A DNA stretch of 64,000 bases from Pedobacter sp. Lineage in GTDB: Bacteria; Desulfobacterota; Desulfuromonadia; Desulfuromonadales; Syntrophotaleaceae. The stretch is from positions 1 to 64,000 of the forward strand of contig JBFWJC010000001.1 of assembly GCA_050253415.1 (NCBI GenBank), written 5' to 3'. A program made the position numbers and the translations under genes. Position 1 is the first letter of the stretch; each line of letters opens with the position of its first letter. Shown piece after piece: positions 16,993 through 26,954 of this stretch. A model generated the notes under the pieces. That model did not search any database, was not told the DNA's origin, and saw only the letters and a program-made list of their open reading frames with translations.

Positions 16993-19032
16993 TCAGAACC
17001 GATAGCTGACATTGGCGAAGTAATTGATACCGGCCTCCGGATAGCCCTCGTCGTAGGCGTAATCGGTATCGAACAGATTATTGATCCCCGCCTCAAGGTT
17101 CAGGTCCGGCAGCAGTTCAAAGGTGGCTTTGGTGTTGACCACAACAAACTCGCCGGCGATGCGCACGCCATCGGTAGAGCTGTAGGAGTTGGAGTAGTAA
17201 TTCATATCCGTCTGCAGGCTCAACCACGACAGGGGGTGATAGCGCAGGTAGGTGAACAGCTTGTGATTGGGGGTATTGGTCAACTCGTTGTCGTTGCTGC
17301 GATTGTCGCGCTCCAGGAAGGTGTAATTGATACCGGCCTCCAGAGCATCGGTCAGAGACCCGGAGAGCCCAATTTCAAAACCATACTGCTCGACCTTGCC
17401 GACATTCTGGTTCTGGCCGGTGGTCGATGTCGGATCATCCGGATCGGGGACCGTCTCCTGCAGAATGAAATCGGTAATATGGCTGTAAAACACCGCCGCA
17501 CTCAGGGAGACGCGATCCCACAACAGGTCCCGGTAGCCGATTTCGTAATTGATGGCTTTTTCAGGCTTCAAAGCGGGATTGGGAATGGCACTGCCCAACC
17601 GGTAGGAATATTTATCTTTAATAGTCGGCAGACGGGTCTTGAAGGCGACGGTGGCATGCATAGTGGCGGTATCGGTCACATCGTAGAACAAGCCGATCTG
17701 GGGATTCCAGGCGCCGCTTTTCTTCTTCGGGAAATCGACCAGTTCGCCGCTGACCAGGTTCTGCGCATCCAGGGTTTTGATGACGTCATAGCTGATACCG
17801 GCCACCATCTTTAATTTTTCGGTGAGGGTGACGGTGTCCTCCGCACCCACCGAGTAGATCTCATCTTCGAAGCGTTGGTAGGGGTTGGGCCAATTGTGTT
17901 CCTTATGCACATCGCGCTTGTAGTGAAACGCCATCTTCAGGTCATTGCGCGGCAACAACCGGGTGCCGACCTCCAGCGAACCGCCGTAGGTATGGTCATC
18001 GTAATTGCTGCGGAAGGCGTAGGGGCGGGTGATGGACTCATATTCCGCATCGTCGTAACTGAACAGGGAGTTTTTATAGAAATCGTAGAAAAGCCGCGTT
18101 TTCACATACGACTTCTGCCCCAGACCGGTTCGGGAGTTGAAATAGTACCCTTCTTTCTCCCAGTAGGGCCAACGCCAGTAACGCGTCCTGGTCTCCGGGA
18201 ACATATTGGGGTAGTCACCTGCATAGGGCGGCGTGCCCTTGGCACCATGCTGGAAGATATAGCTAAACGCGTATTCATCCTCACCGCGCGGCGTCAGACC
18301 AAGCTTGAGATTGACCTTGCGGTCGCGCTGGTAGGCATTTTCGCGCCGCCCGCCATCCTCGTTCGCCATCTCCTTAAAATCATCCGACAGGCGGAAATGG
18401 TCGATGTTGTACCAGGACGCACCGGTCTGCAGATACCACCAGTCCTGGTTGGTTCCGACATTAAAATAAGCCTGGTAACTGTCGCCCGAGGCGTAACCGG
18501 CACCCATGTTCCCCTCAAACTTCTTTTGTGGCCGCTTGGATACCAGATTGATGGCTCCCCCCATGGTGTTGACTCCGTAGAGAACCGAGGCAAACCCCTT
18601 GGAAACGACAATTTGGGACAGATCGAAAGTGGTAAAGCGTCGCAGATCAGGGTAGCCGTCGTAAGGCACGTACATGGGGATACCGTCCAGAAACAGCGGC
18701 ACATGGCGGATGTCGAAACCGCGCACATAAACAGCGCTTTCATTACGGGCACCGACCTTGGTCAGATGCACTCCCGGTAACAGATCGAGGGCTTCGGCCA
18801 CATCGTCGCGATTGAACTGTCGCAAGTCTTCCTCGGTCACCCGCTCGGCGAGAATCGCCGTCGGACCCTGACTCTGGCTACCGGCCACCTCGATTTCACC
18901 AAGGGTAAAAACTCCTCCCGACAAATCGATCTCGGCTTGGGCTGCCGTTGACATCATCGTGCCCAACATGCTTATCAGCAGCAACCATGCAGGTATGCGA
19001 CCTCTTGTTACTGCAGCGATGCAAAACTTCAT
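16993..19032 (-). CDS. TonB-dependent outer-membrane receptor
   Basis: LGEIEV TonB-box region, VYVRGFD, KGFASVLYG..MGGAINLV, C-terminal YRF. Confidence 0.93.
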   Translation of the reverse strand: MKFCIAAVTRGRIPAWLLLISMLGTMMSTAAQAEIDLSGGVFTLGEIEVAGSQSQGPTAILAERVTEEDLRQFNRDDVAEALDLLPGVHLTKVGARNESAVYVRGFDIRHVPLFLDGIPMYVPYDGYPDLRRFTTFDLSQIVVSKGFASVLYGVNTMGGAINLVSKRPQKKFEGNMGAGYASGDSYQAYFNVGTNQDWWYLQTGASWYNIDHFRLSDDFKEMANEDGGRRENAYQRDRKVNLKLGLTPRGEDEYAFSYIFQHGAKGTPPYAGDYPNMFPETRTRYWRWPYWEKEGYYFNSRTGLGQKSYVKTRLFYDFYKNSLFSYDDAEYESITRPYAFRSNYDDHTYGGSLEVGTRLLPRNDLKMAFHYKRDVHKEHNWPNPYQRFEDEIYSVGAEDTVTLTEKLKMVAGISYDVIKTLDAQNLVSGELVDFPKKKSGAWNPQIGLFYDVTDTATMHATVAFKTRLPTIKDKYSYRLGSAIPNPALKPEKAINYEIGYRDLLWDRVSLSAAVFYSHITDFILQETVPDPDDPTSTTGQNQNVGKVEQYGFEIGLSGSLTDALEAGINYTFLERDNRSNDNELTNTPNHKLFTYLRYHPLSWLSLQTDMNYYSNSYSSTDGVRIAGEFVVVNTKATFELLPDLNLEAGINNLFDTDYAYDEGYPEAGINYFANVSYRF

Positions 19033-19167
19033 ATTCCCTCCCTGAAATAGAAATCCATTACCCAAAATGCAAACCATGTTGCCGGCGGGCAGAATCGGAT
19101 CCGAACGCCCATACCATCCCAATCCCGTCAGCCAAATACCTTCACTACGACACTGACCTTTCAGACT

Positions 19168-20004
19168 TCATAAAAAATCGAGAGACTTCCGTTGGTGGAG
19201 GGGAGTCCACCACATGGCCGCCCAGCAGATCGTTAAGGGGCCCCGACGATAAAAACGATCGGCCCGGCATACAAAACTGCGCCGGATATAGTCACGCAGG
19301 GCCTTTTCCTCCTGCGGCAACAGGTTCCCAACCTTGCTTTGTAAAGCCCGGAATGCCTCATCAAGGTCCTGATAGGAGCGATCTTCCTGATAGGAGATAA
19401 AACTCACATGCGCCTGTGCCCCCATCTGGTAGAGCAGGTTGTAGACATAGATATAATCCGCATCGAACGGACTCCGCCGCCCGATGGCCTTGAACATGGC
19501 GGGATCCATGGAGCCGGAGCCGACAGGTGTCGTAATGCACACGCGTCGGGTCGCAAAACGGTCGAGTTTTTCCAGGGATTCGCGAAGGTCGGGGACGATC
19601 AGGGAACGCGAGGCGATTGCCACATCGTGAGGCTCGATAGGCAAGAGGTCCCAGTCGTCGGTCCAGGACGCCTGTACGGGCCGGATATTCTGAATTCCTC
19701 GCTTCCGACAGGTCGACTGCAGACAGTCGAGCATGATCGGAGAGATATCCAGGGCCGTCACCTGGCACACCCTGGACGCCAGCGGAACGGCCAGGGTCCC
19801 TGCTGCACAACCGACATCAAGAATCCGCCAATCGGGCTCGGGCTTCAGCACTTCCAGAAACTTCGCTACATAGGGTCCGCCATCGGTTGCCAGGGCAAAT
19901 GACGGCGCCCGCCCGTCCCAATAGGCCTGGTTCTGTCCGTCGTCGTAAACTCTGGCTCGTTTCTTTTTCCAGACTTCGTTCCAGTTGATTGCTTGAATAT
20001 CCAT
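19168..20004 (-). CDS. Class I SAM-dependent methyltransferase
   Basis: ILDVGCAAG, ALDISPIML, DVAIASRS. Confidence 0.88.
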   Translation of the reverse strand: MDIQAINWNEVWKKKRARVYDDGQNQAYWDGRAPSFALATDGGPYVAKFLEVLKPEPDWRILDVGCAAGTLAVPLASRVCQVTALDISPIMLDCLQSTCRKRGIQNIRPVQASWTDDWDLLPIEPHDVAIASRSLIVPDLRESLEKLDRFATRRVCITTPVGSGSMDPAMFKAIGRRSPFDADYIYVYNLLYQMGAQAHVSFISYQEDRSYQDLDEAFRALQSKVGNLLPQEEKALRDYIRRSFVCRADRFYRRGPLTICWAAMWWTPLHQRKSLDFL

Positions 20005-20453
20005 AAAACTCCGGGAATGTAAAAACGGGGGTGAAGGATAACTTCGCCAAACGAAACGCGGTCACTCCTTGTGTACCCCGGCTGACCGGGGTTTAATTCA
20101 ATTTAAGCTTTGATCCAGCCTGGATGTCCCTGCCAGAGGGCATCGGAGGATGTTTTCCAAAATCGGGCGTGGGTATTTCTGCCCTATGCATAAACGTGAA
20201 AAACTGGCAATTAACCCTAAAAAAACCCGCACAATCCTGACAGTGAAGCCGAGAATCATGCGGGTTTCGTTGAGTCCATCATGAATGGAGGACGAAATAA
20301 GCGCAGGAAAATAGATATGGTGACCGGAATCTTGCGGGTTTCGTTGGTTCCAACATGAATGGAGAACGAAATAGGCGCAGGAACAGGTGGTCTTGGTTGC
20401 ATTGAGCAGGTTGTTACGGTATTTTGCCAGAAGCATGTTTTTCAATTGGCCTC

Positions 20454-20481
20454 TTGCAATGACAGAATTCTGTCATAGAAT
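20454..20481 (+). promoter_or_regulatory. Sigma70-like promoter of regulator overlapped by perfect 18-bp palindrome (operator)
   Basis: TTGCAA-16-TAGAAT with ATGACAGAATTCTGTCAT (20459-20476) between the boxes. Confidence 0.65.
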
Positions 20482-20483
20482 AT

Positions 20484-21539
20484 ATGATCATGTCAAAAGA
20501 ATATTTAGTCCTTTATAATGTCGTGCGCAAATTCCGCGAAGAACGGGAATGGTCCCAGCAGGAACTGGCTGATCGGGCCGGCCTGTCGCGCACCGGCATA
20601 AGCGCCATAGAATCCGACCGTCTTATCCCGTCAACCGCTGCCGCACTGGCACTGGCGGCGGCCTTTGGTTGCAAGGTAGAGGATCTCTTCGCACTACAGG
20701 GGAAGGAATCTTCTCAGTGGGCCTGGCCCCCTCCGCAGGACGTCTGCCGTTACTGGCGGGCCATGATCGGTGCCCGCCAGCTCTTGTTTCCGGTAGAACC
20801 CAGCCCGCTTGGCACCCTTCCCCACGATGGGGTATGGCGCGATGGAAAATGTCACGACCACGCCTTTGCGGACCCTGTTCGCACCCTGGTGGTCGCCTGT
20901 TGCGATCCTGCCGTGGGCCTGCTCGCCGGCGAATATGCCCGCCAGACCCCTTTTCGCATGCTGGTGCTGCCACGCTCCAGTCGTATGGCGCTGCAGTTAC
21001 TGGCTGCCGGGCTGATTCATGCGGCGGGGATGCACTTGGCGCATGCCACCACTCCGGAAGAAAATCGCAAGGCAGCCAGCAAGATCCTGAACGAGGATTT
21101 TTCCCTGATTCGCGTGGCCGATTGGGAAGAAGGTCTGGCGCTGACGCCTGGCCTGGGCAGCCACACCATCGAGTCGGTGATGCAATCCAACCTCTCCTGG
21201 ATTGGCCGGGAACAGGGCTCCGGAGCGCGACAGGTTCTTGATGAGCTTTCTCAGGGGCTGTTGGTACCGCAACATCTGGCCCGCGACCATCGCGGCGTCG
21301 CTCAAGCCATTCGCAGCGGCTTCGCCCAGGCCGGCGTTTCCGTACGCCTGGTCTGCGAAGAGGAAGGGATCGACTTCCTTTCGGTGCGCAAAGAGCCTTA
21401 TGATCTCTGCTTCCTCAATGCGTCCCGCAATGATCCCCGTCTCCGGGCGATGGTCGAAGTCATTCAGTCGCCTGCCTACAAAAAACAACTTGCCGGCCTG
21501 CCGGGCTACGACAATCAGAAAACCGGCGAGCTTGGGTAG
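20484..21539 (+). CDS. Transcriptional regulator, XRE-type HTH plus PBP-like (molybdate-binding-type) domain
   Basis: WSQQELADRAGLSRTGISAIE HTH; SSRMALQLL..G..HAAGMHL, REQGSGAR, HRGVAQAI..G.AQAG, EPYDL, LPGYD. Confidence 0.85.
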   Translation: MIMSKEYLVLYNVVRKFREEREWSQQELADRAGLSRTGISAIESDRLIPSTAAALALAAAFGCKVEDLFALQGKESSQWAWPPPQDVCRYWRAMIGARQLLFPVEPSPLGTLPHDGVWRDGKCHDHAFADPVRTLVVACCDPAVGLLAGEYARQTPFRMLVLPRSSRMALQLLAAGLIHAAGMHLAHATTPEENRKAASKILNEDFSLIRVADWEEGLALTPGLGSHTIESVMQSNLSWIGREQGSGARQVLDELSQGLLVPQHLARDHRGVAQAIRSGFAQAGVSVRLVCEEEGIDFLSVRKEPYDLCFLNASRNDPRLRAMVEVIQSPAYKKQLAGLPGYDNQKTGELG

Positions 21540-21574
21540 CCACAGAAACACGGTAAAAATAATTTTGACCTTCG

Positions 21575-22591
21575 TTACGGAGCGATCATTTCAAGCTGCG
21601 CCTCATCCAACTCCACCCCCAGAAACTGTCTGTAAAAACGACGGCTTTCCCCGTGCAGATCCACCGAAAACCGCTGCGGATAGAGTCGATGCGCCAACCA
21701 TTGCAGGCCGAGAAACCGCATGAAGGATGGCGGACGATCGAACCAGTTGAGGGGCAGATCGGGGATAAACCACACCCGGCCATCGCGCACCGCCCGTATT
21801 TTTTGCCAACGCGCATCGGTATGAACCGTGTTGAAAAACCCTTTTTCCTGCACCAGCACCACCTGTGGATCGTACAACAGCACCTGTTCCAGGCTGAGGC
21901 GATCACGCCCGGAGTAATGCTTTAAACCTCCCTGGTGCACATTGATACCGCCGGCGAGGGGGATCAACTCGGCATGGAAGGACTCTTGCGGTTCCGTCGA
22001 CAGACCGTCCATCCCTTCGGCATAATAGACCCGCACCCTCTGCTCGGCGGGGATGTCGGCGGTTGCCGTCCTCACTGCGGACAGCGCCCGCTCACCGTAG
22101 GTTGCCAGTTGTTCCGCGCGTTCTCTTCTATTCAGCAGGTCACCCAAAAACCGCAGCGCGGCTGCATACTGCTCCAACCGGTCCAGTTCCACGAACACCA
22201 CCGGGATACCCAACGCTTCCAACTGTTGCGCCTGACGCCGATTGGCCGCCGCCTGGCCCCAGCCCCAAAACACCACCACATCGGGATGCAGGGCCAAAAG
22301 GGCTTCCCGGTTGCCCCCACGGGTGGCACCAAAACCGCCGATCACCGGCAGGTTTCCGAGATTCGGGCACAGGTACTCCTGGTCTGCAGCGGAGGGTACA
22401 GAATTAACCGCCGCCAGCAGCGACGGATCGATGGCATAGATCATCCAGGTAACCGGCGAGACGGAACCGATGACCCGCTCGATACGCTCAGGTACCGCCA
22501 CCTGACGGCCGGCCATGTCGGTAATCAGTCGGGCTTGGGCCCCAGACACCATCAGGACTAGCAACAAAGCAAGCAAAGCGCAGCATCTCAT
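21575..22591 (-). CDS. ABC substrate-binding protein (class III), paralog of 15902-16963
   Basis: ITDMAGRQV, RVYYAEG.DGLST, PLNWFDRPPSFMR shared with first SBP. Confidence 0.9.
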   Translation of the reverse strand: MRCCALLALLLVLMVSGAQARLITDMAGRQVAVPERIERVIGSVSPVTWMIYAIDPSLLAAVNSVPSAADQEYLCPNLGNLPVIGGFGATRGGNREALLALHPDVVVFWGWGQAAANRRQAQQLEALGIPVVFVELDRLEQYAAALRFLGDLLNRRERAEQLATYGERALSAVRTATADIPAEQRVRVYYAEGMDGLSTEPQESFHAELIPLAGGINVHQGGLKHYSGRDRLSLEQVLLYDPQVVLVQEKGFFNTVHTDARWQKIRAVRDGRVWFIPDLPLNWFDRPPSFMRFLGLQWLAHRLYPQRFSVDLHGESRRFYRQFLGVELDEAQLEMIAP

Positions 22592-22602
22592 GCCCCCTCC
22601 CC

Positions 22603-24471
22603 TCAGAATTTACACTGCAGGCCGGCGTAAACCTGGCGCGGCGACTGGGTATAGTCATCATGATAGTTATCGAACAGATTATCGATACCGGCATAGACAC
22701 GCATTCGGCGGGATAAACCCTTGTCCAGATGCAGATGCACCGTATTGTAATCCTCAATGGTCTCGCCCAGATCGTCTTCCGATTCCCCGAAATGCAGCCA
22801 GCGCAGCCGGGCGGTCAGATCCCACTTCGTTTGACGCCACGTCAGATTGAGCCCACCCTTCCAGTGGGGTTCATTGGCCAGGTCCGTGTTGGTGGTAAGG
22901 TTTTCGGTGTCCAACCAGGCCAACTGCCCCGACAGGGACAGGTTGCCCGGCAGGCCGATGCCCGCTTCCAGTTCTGTACCCTGAGTCACCACCTTGTCGA
23001 TGTTACGGTATTCATAGGTTTTTTTGCTGCCGCTCTGAGAAACAAACTGGGCGGTGATCAGGTTTTTCAATTCATTGCGATACAGCGTTAGCTGCCCCCA
23101 TAAACGTCCCTTGCGCATAGACACGCCGGCCTCGTAACTTTCGGAGGTCTCGGCATCCAGATCGGCATTGCCCTGGTAGATCTCTTTTCCCTGCTTAAGC
23201 AGCGAGGTCACGTACAGCTCGTTGAGGGTCGGCGCACGGAAGCCCTGCCCGTATCCCACCCAGACACGTCCATAAGGAATGAAACAACTCAAGGTGACCC
23301 GCGGCGTCAGGCGCGACCCGAAATCTTCGTGATGATCGTAACGGGCCCCGGCCACCAGATTGAAATATCTGCCCAGCTGCCAGTCGGCCTGCAGGAATAG
23401 CGCCTCGTTATGGACACTCTTGTCGTCGCCATCCAGACCGCCGGCTTTGAGGTTGTCTTCGCGAAACTCTCCTCCAAGGGTAAAAAGCAGGTCATCGTTA
23501 ACCGCATAGTTGCCACGCAACTCGACCTGCATCAAGCGGCGCCGCTCGGCATCCACTTCATACGCCGGATCGTAGGATCCCGTGCGTTTGTATTGACTGA
23601 CATAGCCACGCAGCATGCCGGACAAAGCCCCGTCCGGTTGCAGATCGTATTGGGCGAAGCCGCTCCAGCGGCGGTCATCCGCTTCAAAACGACGGGCCAG
23701 CTTTTGGTAAAAACGCCCCCCGTTACGCGAAAGATGGCCATATTCTCCGCCTAGCGTTAGACTTTGAGAGTCGTTCAGATCCAGGGCAAGACGCCCCAAG
23801 GTGCTGTTGAGGGCCGTTTGATCGATGTCTTCCGCCAGCTCTCCGTCGCCATCCCATTGGTCCTTGATCGAGCGACTGACTCCCAGGTTGGCGCGCAGCG
23901 GACCGTAACCGCCGCCGACACGCCCCTGCACGCTTTGCTCAGCCGAAGGCCCGACACCTCCCCGAATATCGATGGCACCTTGAAGGTTTTGGGCGGGATC
24001 CCGTGTGATAATGTTCACCACCCCACCGATGGCATCGCTGCCATACAACGCCGAAGCCGGCCCGCGCACGATCTCGATACGTTCAATCATCAGCACCGGC
24101 AACTGGCCGACATCCATCTGCGACTTGAAACTGCCGGCCAGACGCCGACCATCCAGCAGCACCAGGGTATGATTGCGTCCCAGTCCCCGGATTGAGGTCC
24201 CGAGATTGCGCCCTTCACCAATGGTTACCATCACACCGGTGGCGTACAACAAGGCATCGGCCACCGTTTCAGCACCTAAGGCGGCGATTTCTTCGCTATC
24301 GATAACCTGCACCGCCCCCGGAGCTTTATCCAGATTCTTTTCCACCATGGTCGGTGTCACAACGACTGGCGGCAGCACCACCGTATCCTCCGACGCCAGG
24401 GCCACGCCCTGCCTGAAAGACAATACTGCCAGTATAAAAAACATACTTAACACCACATTTCCGGTTTTCAT
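22603..24471 (-). CDS. TonB-dependent outer-membrane receptor (BtuB/CirA-like plug)
   Basis: PPVVVTPT, SIRGLG, IERIEIVRGPASALYGSDAIGGVVNIIT, C-terminal F. Confidence 0.93.
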   Translation of the reverse strand: MKTGNVVLSMFFILAVLSFRQGVALASEDTVVLPPVVVTPTMVEKNLDKAPGAVQVIDSEEIAALGAETVADALLYATGVMVTIGEGRNLGTSIRGLGRNHTLVLLDGRRLAGSFKSQMDVGQLPVLMIERIEIVRGPASALYGSDAIGGVVNIITRDPAQNLQGAIDIRGGVGPSAEQSVQGRVGGGYGPLRANLGVSRSIKDQWDGDGELAEDIDQTALNSTLGRLALDLNDSQSLTLGGEYGHLSRNGGRFYQKLARRFEADDRRWSGFAQYDLQPDGALSGMLRGYVSQYKRTGSYDPAYEVDAERRRLMQVELRGNYAVNDDLLFTLGGEFREDNLKAGGLDGDDKSVHNEALFLQADWQLGRYFNLVAGARYDHHEDFGSRLTPRVTLSCFIPYGRVWVGYGQGFRAPTLNELYVTSLLKQGKEIYQGNADLDAETSESYEAGVSMRKGRLWGQLTLYRNELKNLITAQFVSQSGSKKTYEYRNIDKVVTQGTELEAGIGLPGNLSLSGQLAWLDTENLTTNTDLANEPHWKGGLNLTWRQTKWDLTARLRWLHFGESEDDLGETIEDYNTVHLHLDKGLSRRMRVYAGIDNLFDNYHDDYTQSPRQVYAGLQCKF

Positions 24472-24687
24472 CTCCATCCCTCCTGTTTTCCAAAGCATCA
24501 GCCTGTACACCGTTATCGAGAACAGGTCTCAACAACCACGACGATCGGCTGATCAACGACCATCATCTGCAAGATGATTATCGACAAGCAACACATGGAA
24601 TTGTCTATGTATGGGGGGTTATACTGTGGGCTGTCATAGCCCGAGATGGGAAGTTACCGGCGTCTGTGGCGGGAGCGGCCCTGTCGT

Positions 24688-24723
24688 AGGCATAATATTG
24701 TCATCGTGACATTATAATGTCAA
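24688..24723 (-). promoter_or_regulatory. Promoter/operator upstream of third TonB receptor
   Basis: Perfect TGACATTATAATGTCA (24707-24722) overlapping minus-strand TTGACA -35, tandem degenerate AGGCATAATATTGTCA (24688-24703). Confidence 0.65.
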
Positions 24724-24883
24724 TAAAGTTTTTAAGCGTCCCGCGACGATCCTCATCAAACGACCGCGTGCGCAAAAAACACGCGCCCATTGGATCAAAC
24801 GATGCTTTTGGGGAACTTGCGTTTAACCGGGAATTGTTTGGCCGCGATGGCGGCAATATTCCGCGCCCCCCGCAGGTGCTTGG

Positions 24884-26608
24884 CTAGTTCGCTTGTTTGC
24901 GGAACGCAGCCAGCAGATCGTTCTGGCTCAAGATACCGAGCAGGCAGGAACCAAGGTCGGGATCAACCACCGGAAAGTAGCTGATATCGGGATGCTGCTG
25001 CACCACCTCCAGTGCTTCACGCAAGGACTGGTCGGGGTGCAGTTGGGCCCGGGCCGTCTGTACCAGATCGTTGGCCACGATCAACTGCGCCAGCGACGGC
25101 TCAAACAGCAGGTTACGGATTTCCGAATAGTCGATCATACCGACGAATTGGTCCTGGTCGTCGACCACCGGAAAACGATCATAGCGGCTGTGGGCAATCA
25201 GGCGCAGCAACTCATTGAACGGAGTATTGTCGCGCAGGGTTTCGACATTGCGGCGCATCACGTGCCGCACCAGGATATCCCCGGGATCTTTAAGGCGATG
25301 CCCGGCGGGGATCCCCAGGGATGAACGGAAATGCTGCGCCACATGATGCAACCCTTCAAAAGCTCCTTCCGGGGCGCGTTTTTCCAATAAAGACAAAATC
25401 GGTACTTCTCCAGCCCATACCAATCCCTGGCGCAGGGCCAGCGGACCGATCAATTCGAACACAATCACCGCGCCAAGCACCACGGTTTCGACCATCGCAC
25501 CGCCGACGGGCCATTGTCGAGCCAGGCTGTTGGCCATGCCAATAGCCACCGCTCCTTGCGCCAGCAAGGTCATCCCCGAATAGCGTCGCATACTCTCACC
25601 AAACCGACCGAGCTGTGCTCCCAGCCAGGCTCCACCCCCTTTGCCGAGCATGCGTGCAACCACATAGCCAATACCCAACAGGCCGATATGCGCCAGAGTC
25701 TCAAAATGCAGATTAGCCCCAGCCAGCACAAAAAACGCCACATAAACCGGGTAGTCGATTTCCTTCAAAGCCGACGCCAGCCGGTGCCAGCGCGGCGAAC
25801 CATTGGCCAGGCTGGCTCCAAATGCAAGATGCGCCAGCAACGGCTGGCATTGCAAAAGGTGACATAATACGCCTACCAGAATTACGCCACCAAGCATCAG
25901 CAGCTTGAATTCATTGTTTTTATCAAGGCGCTCGGCCCATATTGCGAAACCCAGACCGACCACAACGCCGGCCAATACCGGACTGAGAACTTGCCCAAGC
26001 AAAGGCAACAACCCCTCGCCCGGATTCACCAGCCAGTGGGTGACCAGCACGAAACCGAACAAGGCCAAGATATTGTTGAGGCCCACCAGAGTCAGAATCG
26101 CTTGGGTAAGTGGCCCCTCCGATTCACATTCCCGTACCACCATCAGGGTTACAGCAGGTGCCGTCGCCATGCTGATGATGCCGAAAAACACCATCAGGTA
26201 GAAACTGGTCATCGCCACCGACAATCCCGGTGCCGAAAAATGCAGGTAGAAAAAATTGACGCCAAAGGCCACGACACCTACCAGAAAAAGCGTCAAACTC
26301 GTTTCGGACAAAGAAAAAACAAGGATTCGATGTCGCCAGCGACGCAGATTTTCCGGCAGTAACTGACCGCCGATACTGAGCAGGATCATCCCCAGCGCCA
26401 ACTGGGTTAGCAAGTCCAGGGTGTGCAGCGCCTCGGGCACCAGCAACGAAGGCCAACCGAGCAAATGGGCCAGGGACGGGCTCAGCATCATGCCGGCCAG
26501 CAGGTAGCCGGTTACCCGCGGCACATGACACAGGGCGGCCAGCCGCCCCCCTGCCAGGGCGCCCAGAAAGATACAGGTCAAAGCTGTCAGAACAGGAAAA
26601 AAATTCAT
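24884..26608 (-). CDS. Cation:proton antiporter with C-terminal CBS pair
   Basis: PRVTGYLLAG, ATAPAVT, FFVLAGANL, multiple TM helices; RFPVVD / YFPVVD CBS domains. Confidence 0.88.
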   Translation of the reverse strand: MNFFPVLTALTCIFLGALAGGRLAALCHVPRVTGYLLAGMMLSPSLAHLLGWPSLLVPEALHTLDLLTQLALGMILLSIGGQLLPENLRRWRHRILVFSLSETSLTLFLVGVVAFGVNFFYLHFSAPGLSVAMTSFYLMVFFGIISMATAPAVTLMVVRECESEGPLTQAILTLVGLNNILALFGFVLVTHWLVNPGEGLLPLLGQVLSPVLAGVVVGLGFAIWAERLDKNNEFKLLMLGGVILVGVLCHLLQCQPLLAHLAFGASLANGSPRWHRLASALKEIDYPVYVAFFVLAGANLHFETLAHIGLLGIGYVVARMLGKGGGAWLGAQLGRFGESMRRYSGMTLLAQGAVAIGMANSLARQWPVGGAMVETVVLGAVIVFELIGPLALRQGLVWAGEVPILSLLEKRAPEGAFEGLHHVAQHFRSSLGIPAGHRLKDPGDILVRHVMRRNVETLRDNTPFNELLRLIAHSRYDRFPVVDDQDQFVGMIDYSEIRNLLFEPSLAQLIVANDLVQTARAQLHPDQSLREALEVVQQHPDISYFPVVDPDLGSCLLGILSQNDLLAAFRKQAN

Positions 26609-26954
26609 GATGACTACCGGTGGATGGTGGTGGGACTAAGATTCGAAGGAATGGCGCGGCACGGGTTTCCAGGGACACCGCATCGTTTCAGAAGAAGACA
26701 ACCTATCGGCTCAATGCATGTTTTCCGCGCCAGTATACTTACAGAATAACGTTCTGCCAAGTAAAACAGACATAGAGAAGTGCGCGGTGAACTAACCGAT
26801 AACCGTCACCATTTCAACGGAATGAAACTATCTCACGCCCGCTCCTTTCAGTCGCTCAAGACGCGAAGACGCAAAGAAAACCATTAGCCTACGAGACTGA
26901 CAACCATCCCATCGAAAGGGTGCGAAACAAGTCCTCGCAGGGGGATAGACCGAC

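Noticed and set aside
24480..24690. Cobalamin or Moco riboswitch in leader of BtuB-like receptor
   Set aside because: Could not find B12-box (GCCACTG/GGGAAG arrangement on the coding strand) or Moco consensus; an Rfam scan would be decisive.
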